Below are positions 9,509 through 19,083 of a stretch of 41,263 nt of DNA, piece after piece. A model generated the notes under the pieces. That model had not been told where the DNA came from. It saw only the letters and a program-made list of their open reading frames with translations, and did not search any database. The stretch lies in NCBI GenBank assembly GCA_003524365.1, contig DQHS01000170.1, forward strand, positions 12,671 to 53,933, read 5' to 3'. Source of the stretch: Cellvibrio sp. Lineage in GTDB: Bacteria; Pseudomonadota; Gammaproteobacteria; Pseudomonadales; Cellvibrionaceae. The translations under genes and the position numbers were made by a program. Numbering within the stretch: the stretch's first letter is position 1; each line of letters starts with the position of its first letter.

Positions 9509-10516
9509 TTACACCCATCCTGAAAGGCGTGCACCTAACAAGCGTGGTGTATGGCTTACCTGCTCGTGAACACCAATACGGCACAATTGGTGTGCTGGTG
9601 TGCGTGCGGCATTCACAATTCCGCGTTGCGTAGTAACCGCCGCGCGGTAAGTGGTAGTAACGGCATCCAAAGCGGCCTGATTGTAATCGCCGTTAGGGAA
9701 ACAAAAAATATCCACGGCATCGTTTATTTGCGCTTGCAACAGCGTTTTGCTGGCAACAATTTCATGCGTAATTTCATCGCTGCTGAGCTGGGCATTTAAG
9801 CGTTTGTGATTACAAGTATGCGAGCCAATTTTGACCAGGCCAGACTGGGTCATGCTGCGCAGTTCATCCCAGGTCATCAAACCGCGTGGAATACTAAACG
9901 TCAAAAGCGTTTGCCAATGGAGTGCGGCAAGCGCAGCAAAAATATCGGCATCGCTGGATTGCTTGAGCGCCTTAATAACCGCAGCGATAAATTCGCGATT
10001 TTTCGTATCGCCACTCGTGCCTGTTTGCGCCAGTGCGCGCGCAAAAACCGGTTGCTGCTGCATCGCACTGAGTGCATTGCTGTGCAGCAGCGCACTCACA
10101 ATGTTGGGCCAAAATTGAAAATCGGTGCCGATTTTTTCTACCACTGCAAACAGGGTTACCGGTGTTGCTTCGGCATTAATAATCGGCAGCGCGTATTCGT
10201 AGTTATCGTACCAACCGTCATCAAAGGTAATCACACAGGCGCGGCGCGGTAAAGGTTTGCCTGCCTCGCGCAAGCTCAGCCACTCGGAAAAATCCATCAG
10301 GTCAAAATGCCGTTTCAGCTCGCGCAGGTGCATGCTGAAAGTATCGGGTGTGATAATCATGCCCGGCTCTTCGAGCTGGTAGCGAATATCGTCGCGCGGC
10401 AATATGCGGTGATACATCATCACCCAGAGTTGCGGGTCCTGCTGCAGCCAGCTCATCCGGTGGGGGCCGAAATGGCTGGCAGCGCTGGTGGCGATCTGTT
10501 TGAGTAATTGTTTCAT
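9509..10516 (-). CDS. Polysaccharide deacetylase (CE4/NodB family)
   Basis: MYHRI, TFDDG, GSHTCNH and FCFPNG motifs. Confidence 0.9.
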   Translation of the reverse strand: MKQLLKQIATSAASHFGPHRMSWLQQDPQLWVMMYHRILPRDDIRYQLEEPGMIITPDTFSMHLRELKRHFDLMDFSEWLSLREAGKPLPRRACVITFDDGWYDNYEYALPIINAEATPVTLFAVVEKIGTDFQFWPNIVSALLHSNALSAMQQQPVFARALAQTGTSGDTKNREFIAAVIKALKQSSDADIFAALAALHWQTLLTFSIPRGLMTWDELRSMTQSGLVKIGSHTCNHKRLNAQLSSDEITHEIVASKTLLQAQINDAVDIFCFPNGDYNQAALDAVTTTYRAAVTTQRGIVNAARTPAHQLCRIGVHEQVSHTPRLLGARLSGWV

Positions 10517-10572
10517 AGTGGTTAAGGCTCAGGCGCCATTACTTGTTAGTGATAACCCATGGTATGCGAGTA

Positions 10573-11751
10573 TCAATGGCGCCCAAAAAGCTGGCGCACA
10601 TAGGTTTTCAGTTCGTACCAGCCCGGCCCCAAATCGCCCCAGCGATTCGTTTCATGGCGTGTTTTAAAAAATGCGACAGGTACAAAAAAGGCCAACACCC
10701 GCAGCAGTTTTTGCGCTGGTGAATAAGCGCCTCTTAAATAAAGATAAAGACTATCAAAATCCCCCAGCAACCAGCGCAAGCGCTGTCCTTCACGGTATTC
10801 GGTAGTTGATGAGTTTGGTATGCCCAGCGCATGTTGGACGAGCAGGGCAGGGAAATCGATTCCGGCATCTATCGCCAATTGTAGCGAGCCCCAAAAGCGC
10901 GTGTTCACTTCCATTAAATAGGGTGCGCCCTCTGGTGTTATGCGGAATTCAACCATGGCGACTCCATGCCAATGCACATGGTCGAGCAGCTGTTGCGCGT
11001 ATTTTTTGAGTGTCGGGTCTATAGCAACACTCTCGCTCAATACACTTACACCGCCTTGCGGGGGTTTTTCCCGCAGGCGCTGATGGGCAAAAAAATGGGT
11101 TGCCTGACCCTTGTTATACAAACAAAAAACACCCGCGCCGCTGCCTGGAATAAATTCCTGCACCATAAATGGATACTGCTCTAAATGGGGCGCTTGCTTG
11201 CGTGCACGCTGCCATTCCTGTTCTGAATGCAGCACTCTCACACTCGTGGCGATCCAGCCCTGGGGTGTAAAAATTTTTGACAGGCAGGGTTTGATAACGC
11301 AGGGATAAATCCATTGGCTGGCATCAGCGTGAGTGGCATTTTCGATCAGGGTAAATTCGGGTACGGGTACACCGGAGGCCTTTGCTTGTTCCAGCAGATG
11401 GTATTTATCGGCCAATGACATTACCGTCGCGTAACTGGCAAAAGGCAAATGTACATGCGGTAGCTGGCTGGTGTGCATCAGTAATAACTGGCTGGTAATT
11501 TCCGTGACCGGAATAACCAGCGAAAATTGGCGGCTGATACAAATATTTTCCAGCCACTGGATATAGCCATGGGGGTCAGATGACGGGCAGGGCGATTGCA
11601 AATATTCCTGCGAATATTTAGACGTTGCGGCCAATGCACAGGCAGATGAATCCGATGTTACTACTTGAATATTATCGAGTTTACCCAGTGAACGAGTAAC
11701 CGCCAAAGCACTTCGCTGCGCAGCGTCAAGAACAAGAATTAAGTGTGTCAT
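10573..11751 (-). CDS. ATP-grasp carboxylate-amine ligase
   Basis: DK..L...A...GVPVP, YPCVIKP, QEFIPG, HQRLREKPP.GG.S, MVEFR, LMEVNTRFWGS. Confidence 0.88.
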   Translation of the reverse strand: MTHLILVLDAAQRSALAVTRSLGKLDNIQVVTSDSSACALAATSKYSQEYLQSPCPSSDPHGYIQWLENICISRQFSLVIPVTEITSQLLLMHTSQLPHVHLPFASYATVMSLADKYHLLEQAKASGVPVPEFTLIENATHADASQWIYPCVIKPCLSKIFTPQGWIATSVRVLHSEQEWQRARKQAPHLEQYPFMVQEFIPGSGAGVFCLYNKGQATHFFAHQRLREKPPQGGVSVLSESVAIDPTLKKYAQQLLDHVHWHGVAMVEFRITPEGAPYLMEVNTRFWGSLQLAIDAGIDFPALLVQHALGIPNSSTTEYREGQRLRWLLGDFDSLYLYLRGAYSPAQKLLRVLAFFVPVAFFKTRHETNRWGDLGPGWYELKTYVRQLFGRH

Positions 11752-11865
11752 GTCACTGCAACCAGCCTTAGTTAACCAGCAAAAATCATCGCGCAAAAAC
11801 CAGTGGATAAAAGCAACGCGATTTAGGGTGTGTACGTCATAAAATCAAATAGATATCTGCACACG

Positions 11866-11891
11866 GCGGCATTCATTGGGCCGCTTTTTTT
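11866..11891 (+). terminator. Orphan intrinsic-terminator-like hairpin in a divergent intergenic region
   Basis: GCGGC-attcattgg-GCCGC followed by T7; no upstream + strand CDS to terminate. Confidence 0.5.
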
Positions 11892-11967
11892 ATGCGCGAT
11901 CGCAAAGTAATACACAGCGCGAATGATACGGATTGGCTAACAAATCCACAAGCGCGCAACCAGATGG

Positions 11968-11982
11968 TGATAGAATGCGGCC
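11968..11982 (+). promoter_or_regulatory. Putative extended -10 sigma70 promoter for the GT4-PTP-acyltransferase block
   Basis: TG-A-TAGAAT followed by GC-rich GCGGCC, about 60 nt upstream of ATG 12036. Confidence 0.45.
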
Positions 11983-12035
11983 ACACCAACAATTGTTATC
12001 ATCGGAAGGAACTTATCACCGATAAGATCGTAACT

Positions 12036-13157
12036 ATGACCGATCAAAACCGCACAATTATTCATGCAATTGACACTACCGGCCCCGGTGGTGCAGAAAC
12101 TGTTTTCCTCGATATTGCCCAACAATTGCAACTGGAAAATTATGACAATCTTGCCATTATCAAAGGCCCGGGTTGGGTTGAGGAACAATTAAAGCAGCGT
12201 GGTATTCGCTACCATATTCTCAAGCCCTATGGTTTTTTCGCTATCCCCTATTATTGGCAGTTATACAAACTGCTCAAGCGTGAAAATGCTGCACTGGTGC
12301 ACGCTCATCTATTAGGTTCAACCCTCACCTATTCTATCCTCTGCCTGCTAACACGCTTACCACTGATTGCCACCTTGCATGGCCGGGTTGACATCAACCC
12401 CAATGAGCGCTTTGTTGCCATTAAACAAAAAATAATGCGCATGGGTGTAAAACAGTTAATCGCCGTAAGCCGCGATCTTGCGCAATACATTGAAGCGCGC
12501 GGTCTGTTTCCGGCGCGCGCAATTGCTGTTATTTACAACGGTGTTGATCAGCAGCGTTATCACAATAACATGACAGGACGATTGCGCGGCGATCTACACA
12601 TTCCTGATGATGCGATATTGATCGGTAGTCTCGGAAATATCCGCCCCGCTAAAAATTATGAAACTCTCATTAATGCTGTGGCTGAACTCAATAATCCACA
12701 GCTGCATTTTGTGATTGCCGGGCATCAAAAAAAGGATTTAATGGAAGCACTCAATGCGCAGATGCAAACATTGGGTGTTGCAAAGCAAATGCACTTTATC
12801 GGCTTTCACGACAACACGCCCGAATTTCTCGCGCAGATGAATCTATTTGTACTCTCATCCAGTTCGGAAGGTTTTTCCATCGCCACTATTGAAGCTATGG
12901 CAAGCCACTTGCCGGTAATAGCAACGCGCTGTGGTGGGCCAGAGGAAATTCTCACGCACAATGTCACCGGCTATCTTGTTCCGGTAAATGCGCCAGCGGA
13001 ATTGGCGGCTGCAATTCAATATTTACTGCGCAATCCGGAAGAGGCACAGCGTTTGGCCAATGCGGGCTTTCAGCATATGTGCAATACCTTTTCGCTTGGT
13101 GCAATGCTCGCGGCCTACAAAAACCATTACAGAAAATTACTGGGCATTAACGCTTAA
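12036..13157 (+). CDS. Glycosyltransferase family 4
   Basis: GPGGAE, IYNGVD, IRPAKN, SSSEGFSIATIEAMA (EX7E). Confidence 0.92.
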   Translation: MTDQNRTIIHAIDTTGPGGAETVFLDIAQQLQLENYDNLAIIKGPGWVEEQLKQRGIRYHILKPYGFFAIPYYWQLYKLLKRENAALVHAHLLGSTLTYSILCLLTRLPLIATLHGRVDINPNERFVAIKQKIMRMGVKQLIAVSRDLAQYIEARGLFPARAIAVIYNGVDQQRYHNNMTGRLRGDLHIPDDAILIGSLGNIRPAKNYETLINAVAELNNPQLHFVIAGHQKKDLMEALNAQMQTLGVAKQMHFIGFHDNTPEFLAQMNLFVLSSSSEGFSIATIEAMASHLPVIATRCGGPEEILTHNVTGYLVPVNAPAELAAAIQYLLRNPEEAQRLANAGFQHMCNTFSLGAMLAAYKNHYRKLLGINA

Positions 13158-13243
13158 CCTGTTATGTCAAAAATACACAAATGGATTGTGCTGTTGATAA
13201 GTCTCATAAGGATTAGTTTGCATGTTAAAGAAAAGGTCAGACA

Positions 13244-13801
13244 GTGACATTATCAGAAACAATTAAAAACCATTATGGCTCCAAGCGTGGGTTATTGCGT
13301 TACGTTCGCTACGAGTTGTTGCGGATGATGGGCGCTTATCGCGCATTAAAAAAAGTGGATTTTACAAAAGTAACGCGTTTGGTATTTGTTTGCCACGGCA
13401 ATATTTGCCGCAGTCCTTTGGGGGAGGTGGTGGCACACAAGCATGGCGTGCCGACCATATCTTTTGGGTTGGGAACACGCGGCAATGATCCGGCCGACCC
13501 CCGCGCGATAGCATGGGCATCGGCTCATGGCTATGAGTTAGCCCAGCACAAAACCATGCGCGTTGATCAATATCAGCCGCAGGCAGGTGATTTACTTATC
13601 GGCATGGAGCCAAAGCATATTGACGCTTTAGTGCAAGCTTTTTCGCAGGCGCCAGTACAAATAACCATGGCGGGGTTATGGCTGTCACAGCCGTTGGCAT
13701 ATTTGCACGATCCCTATAATACCAATGCACAGTATTTTGATCGGTGCGAATTATTGGTAGAGCAGTCGGCGCTCCAAATCATGAGTAACTTTCAGCAATA
13801 A
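13244..13801 (+). CDS. Low-molecular-weight protein-tyrosine phosphatase (Wzb-like)
   Basis: P-loop FVCHGNICRSP and DPY general-acid motif; GTG start after AAAAGG. Confidence 0.88.
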   Translation: MTLSETIKNHYGSKRGLLRYVRYELLRMMGAYRALKKVDFTKVTRLVFVCHGNICRSPLGEVVAHKHGVPTISFGLGTRGNDPADPRAIAWASAHGYELAQHKTMRVDQYQPQAGDLLIGMEPKHIDALVQAFSQAPVQITMAGLWLSQPLAYLHDPYNTNAQYFDRCELLVEQSALQIMSNFQQ

Positions 13802-13847
13802 GTTCAAGTAATTAGCAACAATACGTTCAGGTAAGTAGCAACAAGAC
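13802..13847. repeat. Tandem 23-bp direct repeat, 2 copies
   Basis: GTTCAAGTAATTAGCAACAATAC / GTTCAGGTAAGTAGCAACAAGAC, 20/23 identical. Confidence 0.8.
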
Positions 13848-13878
13848 TATCAGTCAATAGCGCATGGGATATTAGAGC

Positions 13879-14898
13879 ATGGCCAACCAGGATAGATTTG
13901 CGTTTTTGGATAACATGAAAGCCATAGCTATTGTTATGGTGGTCGCAATACATGCGATAGGCTATTCAATGGAAATGCCTGAAGCAATAAAGGCAGCAGT
14001 TCTGGCTGTGGTCGCAACTATCGCAGTCCCTGTGTTTTTCTTTATAGACGGTTATCTCTTGGGGGCTGCATATGCAGCGCAAAAAAATCCGGGCTATTGG
14101 GTCTCATTAAAGAAAAGTGCTTACAGGCTTCTATTACCGTGGTTAATTTTTAGTATTTTGTATTTTTTGTTGAGATTCGTTTTTGAGTATTTCAACATGC
14201 TGAATGATAAACATATTATAGGGAAAGATATAACCTATATACTTTCTGCGCTCTATGGGTCTGTTTACGTGGGGCAAATGTATTTTTTGGTGTCGTTATT
14301 TTTAATCAGAATGATCTCCCCGCTTGTATCAACAATCTTTAATCAGCTTCCATTATTGCCAGCCTTCGCTGCAGCCATTCTCTTTATCATCCCGTACAAC
14401 TATGTCAATGACGATATATTCAAATACCTTTATATAAAAGGTGGGCAGGAACCACTTACTCACGCCATTTGGGGGCTGCAGTTCTACATAGTGGGCGTTT
14501 TGCTTTTCAGGCTGCAGTCAGTAATAAATATTCCATGGTTGGCGCTGCCTTGCCTTGCAGTATTTATTGCACACTTATTCTTCAATACGGCGGAGCTTTT
14601 TCAGTGGGCATACCTCATATTATTTTTTGTTGCTGTACAGTTTTTCGCTTTTGAAAGCAAAATGGTTAGCTATGTAGGGCGCAATACTATGGGTATTTTC
14701 CTCCTACATTCGCCTTTAGTGTTAAAGATGGTTGCAGTGGTGATTAGCATCATGGTCAGTAACGCTCTCGCTATATTTATAGCGAATACAATAGTCACAT
14801 TAATTGTGACTATTGCCATGGTTTATGCGGTACAAAAATTAGGCTTGGCACAATATTTATTTGGTGAGCTAAAAGCGGAAAAACGAATTAGTGCTTAG
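13879..14898 (+). CDS. Acyltransferase family 3 (membrane O-acyltransferase, stand-alone)
   Basis: R...LD.MKAIAI.MVV.IH, AVPVFFFIDGY, RLLLPW, GRNTMGIFLLH; about 10 TMs. Confidence 0.88.
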   Translation: MANQDRFAFLDNMKAIAIVMVVAIHAIGYSMEMPEAIKAAVLAVVATIAVPVFFFIDGYLLGAAYAAQKNPGYWVSLKKSAYRLLLPWLIFSILYFLLRFVFEYFNMLNDKHIIGKDITYILSALYGSVYVGQMYFLVSLFLIRMISPLVSTIFNQLPLLPAFAAAILFIIPYNYVNDDIFKYLYIKGGQEPLTHAIWGLQFYIVGVLLFRLQSVINIPWLALPCLAVFIAHLFFNTAELFQWAYLILFFVAVQFFAFESKMVSYVGRNTMGIFLLHSPLVLKMVAVVISIMVSNALAIFIANTIVTLIVTIAMVYAVQKLGLAQYLFGELKAEKRISA

Positions 14899-14966
14899 TG
14901 CACGTAATGCCTCGCTTGGCGTTACGTGGCTACCTTGAATTGAATATCAGTGCAGAGATAGATCTC

Positions 14967-16238
14967 ATGGATAACAAACCAAATACGATTTCAGATTTCT
15001 ATTTTTTCAAAATTGGCCCGTTATGGAACAATTTTAAAACACAACACTTTTCATTTTGGATGATTTGCTTTTATTTAATGTTCGAGTTTGTTCGTCCGCA
15101 GTCAATTATCCCGGGGATTAGTGCGATCCCTTGGGCGCAGTTGTTTTTAATGGGTGCCTTGGTGGGGGCGCTTGTTGACCCATCTGTTAAGCATGTTAAG
15201 TCAGTCGCTAATTTGTACATGGTCTTTTTTTCGATAATTATCACTATTTCAATCTATAGCGGATTTAATCCCACAATTTCCAAAAGTTATGCAATGTTTT
15301 TTTATAGTTGGGCGATTATCTATTTTTTGGCAATACGGATTGTGAATACAAAAGAACGACTGTATATGTTTCTTATCATATATTTGTTCGCTGCCGGAAA
15401 AATTGCACTGGGAACATCAAGGGTCTGGGCGTTTCGTGGCTTTAGTTTTACAAATTGGGGGTTAACTGGGCCAAAAGGATTTTTTCAAAACTCAGGTGAG
15501 CTATCTATTTTAATGTTGATGCTTTTTCCTTTGGCGTTCTATCTATTCCAATATCTTAAAAAACAAGTACTAATGTGGGAAAAATGGATTCTCATGGCTT
15601 TTTGGATATGCCCAATTCTAACTATATTAGGTGCTAGTAGTAGAGGCTCCCAAGTGGCTCTTGTAGTTCAACTTATTATTATGTTCAGGAAAAGTGTTTT
15701 TAAGATAAAGCCTTTAATCGGTATTCTGGTGCTGTCTGCAGCACTTGTTAGTTTGCTTCCTGAGGAACAAAAAGAGCGATTTAGAAATTCTGGCGATGAT
15801 AAAACCTCGCAGCAGCGTCTTTTATATTGGGAAAATGGTTGGGAAATGATAAAAAAATATCCTCTTAGTGGCGTTGGATATTTCAATTTCGTTCCTTACT
15901 TTAATACGTATTATCCTGAGGATGCTTTATACGGGAGTGCAGAGTTGCCGCATAATATTTTTATTCAAGTTGGCACTGATGCTGGATTTCCAGGAATCCT
16001 ATTCTTTCTTCTAATTATCCTCTACTGTTTTTTTGCTACCTATAGAATTTCAAAAAAATTCCCCCCTTCAAATATAGCTAGGCCTATAGCTGCTGGATTG
16101 GGTATGGGTGTTGTAGGGTATGTTATAGCCGGCCAATTCGTCACTGTTGCATACTATCCATTTCTTTGGGTTCATTTGGCTTTTATAGTTTGTTTATGCA
16201 ACGTAACTAAAAGTGATCAAGTGCTCAATAAAAAATAG
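14967..16238 (+). CDS. O-antigen ligase / Wzy polymerase family (exosortase-associated O-ligase type)
   Basis: Multi-TM; EFVRPQ, SSRG, R..YW..G...I...PL.GVG..NF, PHNIFIQV..D.G..G. Confidence 0.85.
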   Translation: MDNKPNTISDFYFFKIGPLWNNFKTQHFSFWMICFYLMFEFVRPQSIIPGISAIPWAQLFLMGALVGALVDPSVKHVKSVANLYMVFFSIIITISIYSGFNPTISKSYAMFFYSWAIIYFLAIRIVNTKERLYMFLIIYLFAAGKIALGTSRVWAFRGFSFTNWGLTGPKGFFQNSGELSILMLMLFPLAFYLFQYLKKQVLMWEKWILMAFWICPILTILGASSRGSQVALVVQLIIMFRKSVFKIKPLIGILVLSAALVSLLPEEQKERFRNSGDDKTSQQRLLYWENGWEMIKKYPLSGVGYFNFVPYFNTYYPEDALYGSAELPHNIFIQVGTDAGFPGILFFLLIILYCFFATYRISKKFPPSNIARPIAAGLGMGVVGYVIAGQFVTVAYYPFLWVHLAFIVCLCNVTKSDQVLNKK

Positions 16239-16287
16239 CCTGTATTTTTTAAAATTAAATTGTGCGAAACATTCAAAGAGTAGCTCT

Positions 16288-17214
16288 ATGATATCAATAA
16301 TAATTCCAGCTTTTAATGAGGCTAAATATATTGAAAATACTCTATCAACATTAAAAGAATGCATTGGAAATTATGAGAATGTTGAAGTTATTGTTGTTAA
16401 CAATGGCAGTCAAGATGGCACACTTGAATGTGTAGAGAAGTTTTCTTGGGTTCGAATAGTCGATTTACCTTCGGCGGTTACTGTTGCTGAAGCAAGAAAT
16501 ATTGGCGTTTTGCATTCTTTCGGTGCGTATATTGCTTTTATAGATGCGGATATTCTCGTTTCAGAAGAATGGTGGGAGTCATTGCTGAATTATTCAAATT
16601 GCTATGTTAACCAGTTGATGATTTCTGGATATAAGGTTTCGGTTTCTAAATTTCCATCTTGGATTGAGTTGAATTGGTTTTCGTGCTTTAAAAAAACATC
16701 TTCGACATATATCAATTCGGGTAATTTGGTATGTAGTAGAAAGGTTTTTGAATTAATTGGGGGGTTTAATTCTGAGTTAAGGACAGGCGAGGACGTCGAT
16801 TTTTGCAATAGGGCCCGGTTGAAAGATATAAGAGTAGATCCAGATGAAAGTTTTAAAGTTTATCATGAGGGATACCCTAAAAAATTAAGATCATTTTTTA
16901 TGCGGGAAAAATGGCATGGAATAGGTGATCTTCAGAGCGTGGCCAATTTTTTAGGGTCCAAGGTGGCGCTGGCGTCATTCACTATTGTTATGTTGACAAT
17001 TCTATCTCTGGCTTCTCTTTTTCTCGGAAGCTTTGAGCTTTGTCTTATTTTTCTTGGTTTAGTTATTGTGATTAATATATATAGTCTTTTAAAAAGGTTC
17101 AAAATAATTTCATTGAGACAGTTTTGCATATGTTTTTTTCTAAATTATATTTATTTCGTGGCTAGGGTTGCCTCTATTTTCGATCTTTTTTCTGCTATTA
17201 GTCGGAAACGATAG
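16288..17214 (+). CDS. Glycosyltransferase family 2 with C-terminal TMs
   Basis: ISIIIPAFNE, ARNIG, FIDAD, GGFN..L.TGEDVDF..R. Confidence 0.9.
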   Translation: MISIIIPAFNEAKYIENTLSTLKECIGNYENVEVIVVNNGSQDGTLECVEKFSWVRIVDLPSAVTVAEARNIGVLHSFGAYIAFIDADILVSEEWWESLLNYSNCYVNQLMISGYKVSVSKFPSWIELNWFSCFKKTSSTYINSGNLVCSRKVFELIGGFNSELRTGEDVDFCNRARLKDIRVDPDESFKVYHEGYPKKLRSFFMREKWHGIGDLQSVANFLGSKVALASFTIVMLTILSLASLFLGSFELCLIFLGLVIVINIYSLLKRFKIISLRQFCICFFLNYIYFVARVASIFDLFSAISRKR

Positions 17215-17253
17215 TGGTGTACATAAACAATATTAGAGCGTCGATTTTAAAAA

Positions 17254-19083
17254 ATGATTAATAAAGAAAATATATTTAGGCGCGATGTTGATATTCTTCG
17301 CGGGTTAGCCGTAATTCTTGTTGTCCTTTATCATCTCGATATAAAATTTTTTCAGTCGGGATTTATCGGTGTAGATATATTTTTTGTGCTCAGTGGGTAT
17401 TTAATCGGTTCGATTTATGCAAGGCATCAAAATTCGTTAGATTTCTATGAAAAGAGATTTAGACGAATATTGCCAGCTATGCTGGCAACCTTAATAGTAT
17501 TTCTGGTCGCGTCTCCATTTCTATTTCTTCCGTTTGAAGTTAGAAAAGTGACAGATAGCATTGTTGGCTCATTGTTATTTGTTCCTAATTTAGTATTCTG
17601 GAGAGATAATGATTACTTTTCTAATCTTTCCTTTTCTCCGCTCCTTCATTATTGGTCATTAGGTGTAGAACTCCAATACTATGTGATATTTCCATTGCTA
17701 TTTTTTATGGGAAAAAAATTCAAAGCTTTTTTCCCTGTTCTTGCAATAATTTCACTAGGATTCTGCATTTTCTTGACTGACCTTTCATCTAAAAGTGCAT
17801 TTTTCTTTTTGCCTACAAGATTATGGGAGTTTTTTCTTGGGTATTTCGCATATCAAATTAGAGATGTGTCTTTCATATCAAAATTTAAACGCACAAAAGC
17901 ATCTTCATATTTTTCTATACTGATATTGCTGTTGTTGATAATAATTACTACATTGCCTATACCAAGTGATAAATTTCCAGGGGTATATGCTATCGCTCCG
18001 GTAGTCATGTGTTTTATATATATAGCAGTGGGAATTGAAAGTGAGAGGTTTCTAAATTTTTCGCTTGTAAAAGTTATTAGATGGTTTGCAAAAGTTTCTT
18101 TTTCAATATATCTAATTCATTATCCAGTTATTTTCATATTTAAATATTCCCCTTTTTCCGAAACTAATGAACTAACGATGATTGAGTCGATTGTTGCCGT
18201 CATCATTACGTTGATTTTAGCAATTGTCAGCTATCGCTACATAGAATCACCTATGCGTGATAAGTCAATCGTACCGTTAAAAAAATTCTTTATTATTCTT
18301 ATCGCGGCATATTCATTTATTATCATGTTACTTTTTATTTTTAGTAGTAATGGATACTTTAAGGATTTATATGGCGAACAAAAAGCTGCTATTTTTTATG
18401 CGATGGATGATCGGGGAGCATGGAGATGCTCTAAATGGCAAAAATTAAAGGAGTTAAAATCAGATAGCTGCTATTTATTACATGCACATAATGCAGAGAA
18501 AAAAGTTTATCTGGTGGGCGACAGCCATATAGATGTATTAAAGGATGTGTTTACGGACTCTGCAATTGATAAAAAAATATCTGTACGTCTGAATAAAACA
18601 AGATGTTTACTGGGCAGAGAGCAGTGCTCTTATGAAAAAATTGTTTCTGAGGTAAATAGTTACGAGATTACAGATATTGTTATGCACGGTTATGATTCAT
18701 CTAAGTTTCATTACCATGACATAGAAAAATTAGTCTTGTGGGTTGCCCAGAATAATGTCCGCCTGCACATCATCGGGCCGGTTCCAACTTACAATAGATC
18801 TGTGCCTTCTGCTTTGTTTCAGGAGACTTTAACATCCAATCGAATAATTCAAAGAATAAGCCTTAATGAATTTGAGTCGCGACTGCCAGAAAAATATGTA
18901 ACGTTTAAGTCTAGATTTAATGGATATAAAAATGTCTATTTTTATCGCCCTGAAGATTTTTTGTGCGCACCCGAATGTAGGCTTTTATCACCTAAGGGGG
19001 TGTTTTACTTCGACTCAAATCATTTGACGTTAAAAGGAGCGAATGAGTTAGTTCCTATGATTCTTGATATTTATTCGAAGTAG
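17254..19083 (+). CDS. AT3-SGNH fused O-acetyltransferase (OafA/OatA-like)
   Basis: DILRGLAV..VVLYH, GVDIFFVLSGY, HYWSLGVE.QYY; SGNH domain with GDSH and DSNHL. Confidence 0.9.
   Translation: MINKENIFRRDVDILRGLAVILVVLYHLDIKFFQSGFIGVDIFFVLSGYLIGSIYARHQNSLDFYEKRFRRILPAMLATLIVFLVASPFLFLPFEVRKVTDSIVGSLLFVPNLVFWRDNDYFSNLSFSPLLHYWSLGVELQYYVIFPLLFFMGKKFKAFFPVLAIISLGFCIFLTDLSSKSAFFFLPTRLWEFFLGYFAYQIRDVSFISKFKRTKASSYFSILILLLLIIITTLPIPSDKFPGVYAIAPVVMCFIYIAVGIESERFLNFSLVKVIRWFAKVSFSIYLIHYPVIFIFKYSPFSETNELTMIESIVAVIITLILAIVSYRYIESPMRDKSIVPLKKFFIILIAAYSFIIMLLFIFSSNGYFKDLYGEQKAAIFYAMDDRGAWRCSKWQKLKELKSDSCYLLHAHNAEKKVYLVGDSHIDVLKDVFTDSAIDKKISVRLNKTRCLLGREQCSYEKIVSEVNSYEITDIVMHGYDSSKFHYHDIEKLVLWVAQNNVRLHIIGPVPTYNRSVPSALFQETLTSNRIIQRISLNEFESRLPEKYVTFKSRFNGYKNVYFYRPEDFLCAPECRLLSPKGVFYFDSNHLTLKGANELVPMILDIYSK

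Noticed and set aside
13802-13860. 23-bp repeats as a mini CRISPR array
   Set aside because: The copies abut with no spacers, there are only two good copies, and no cas genes are present.
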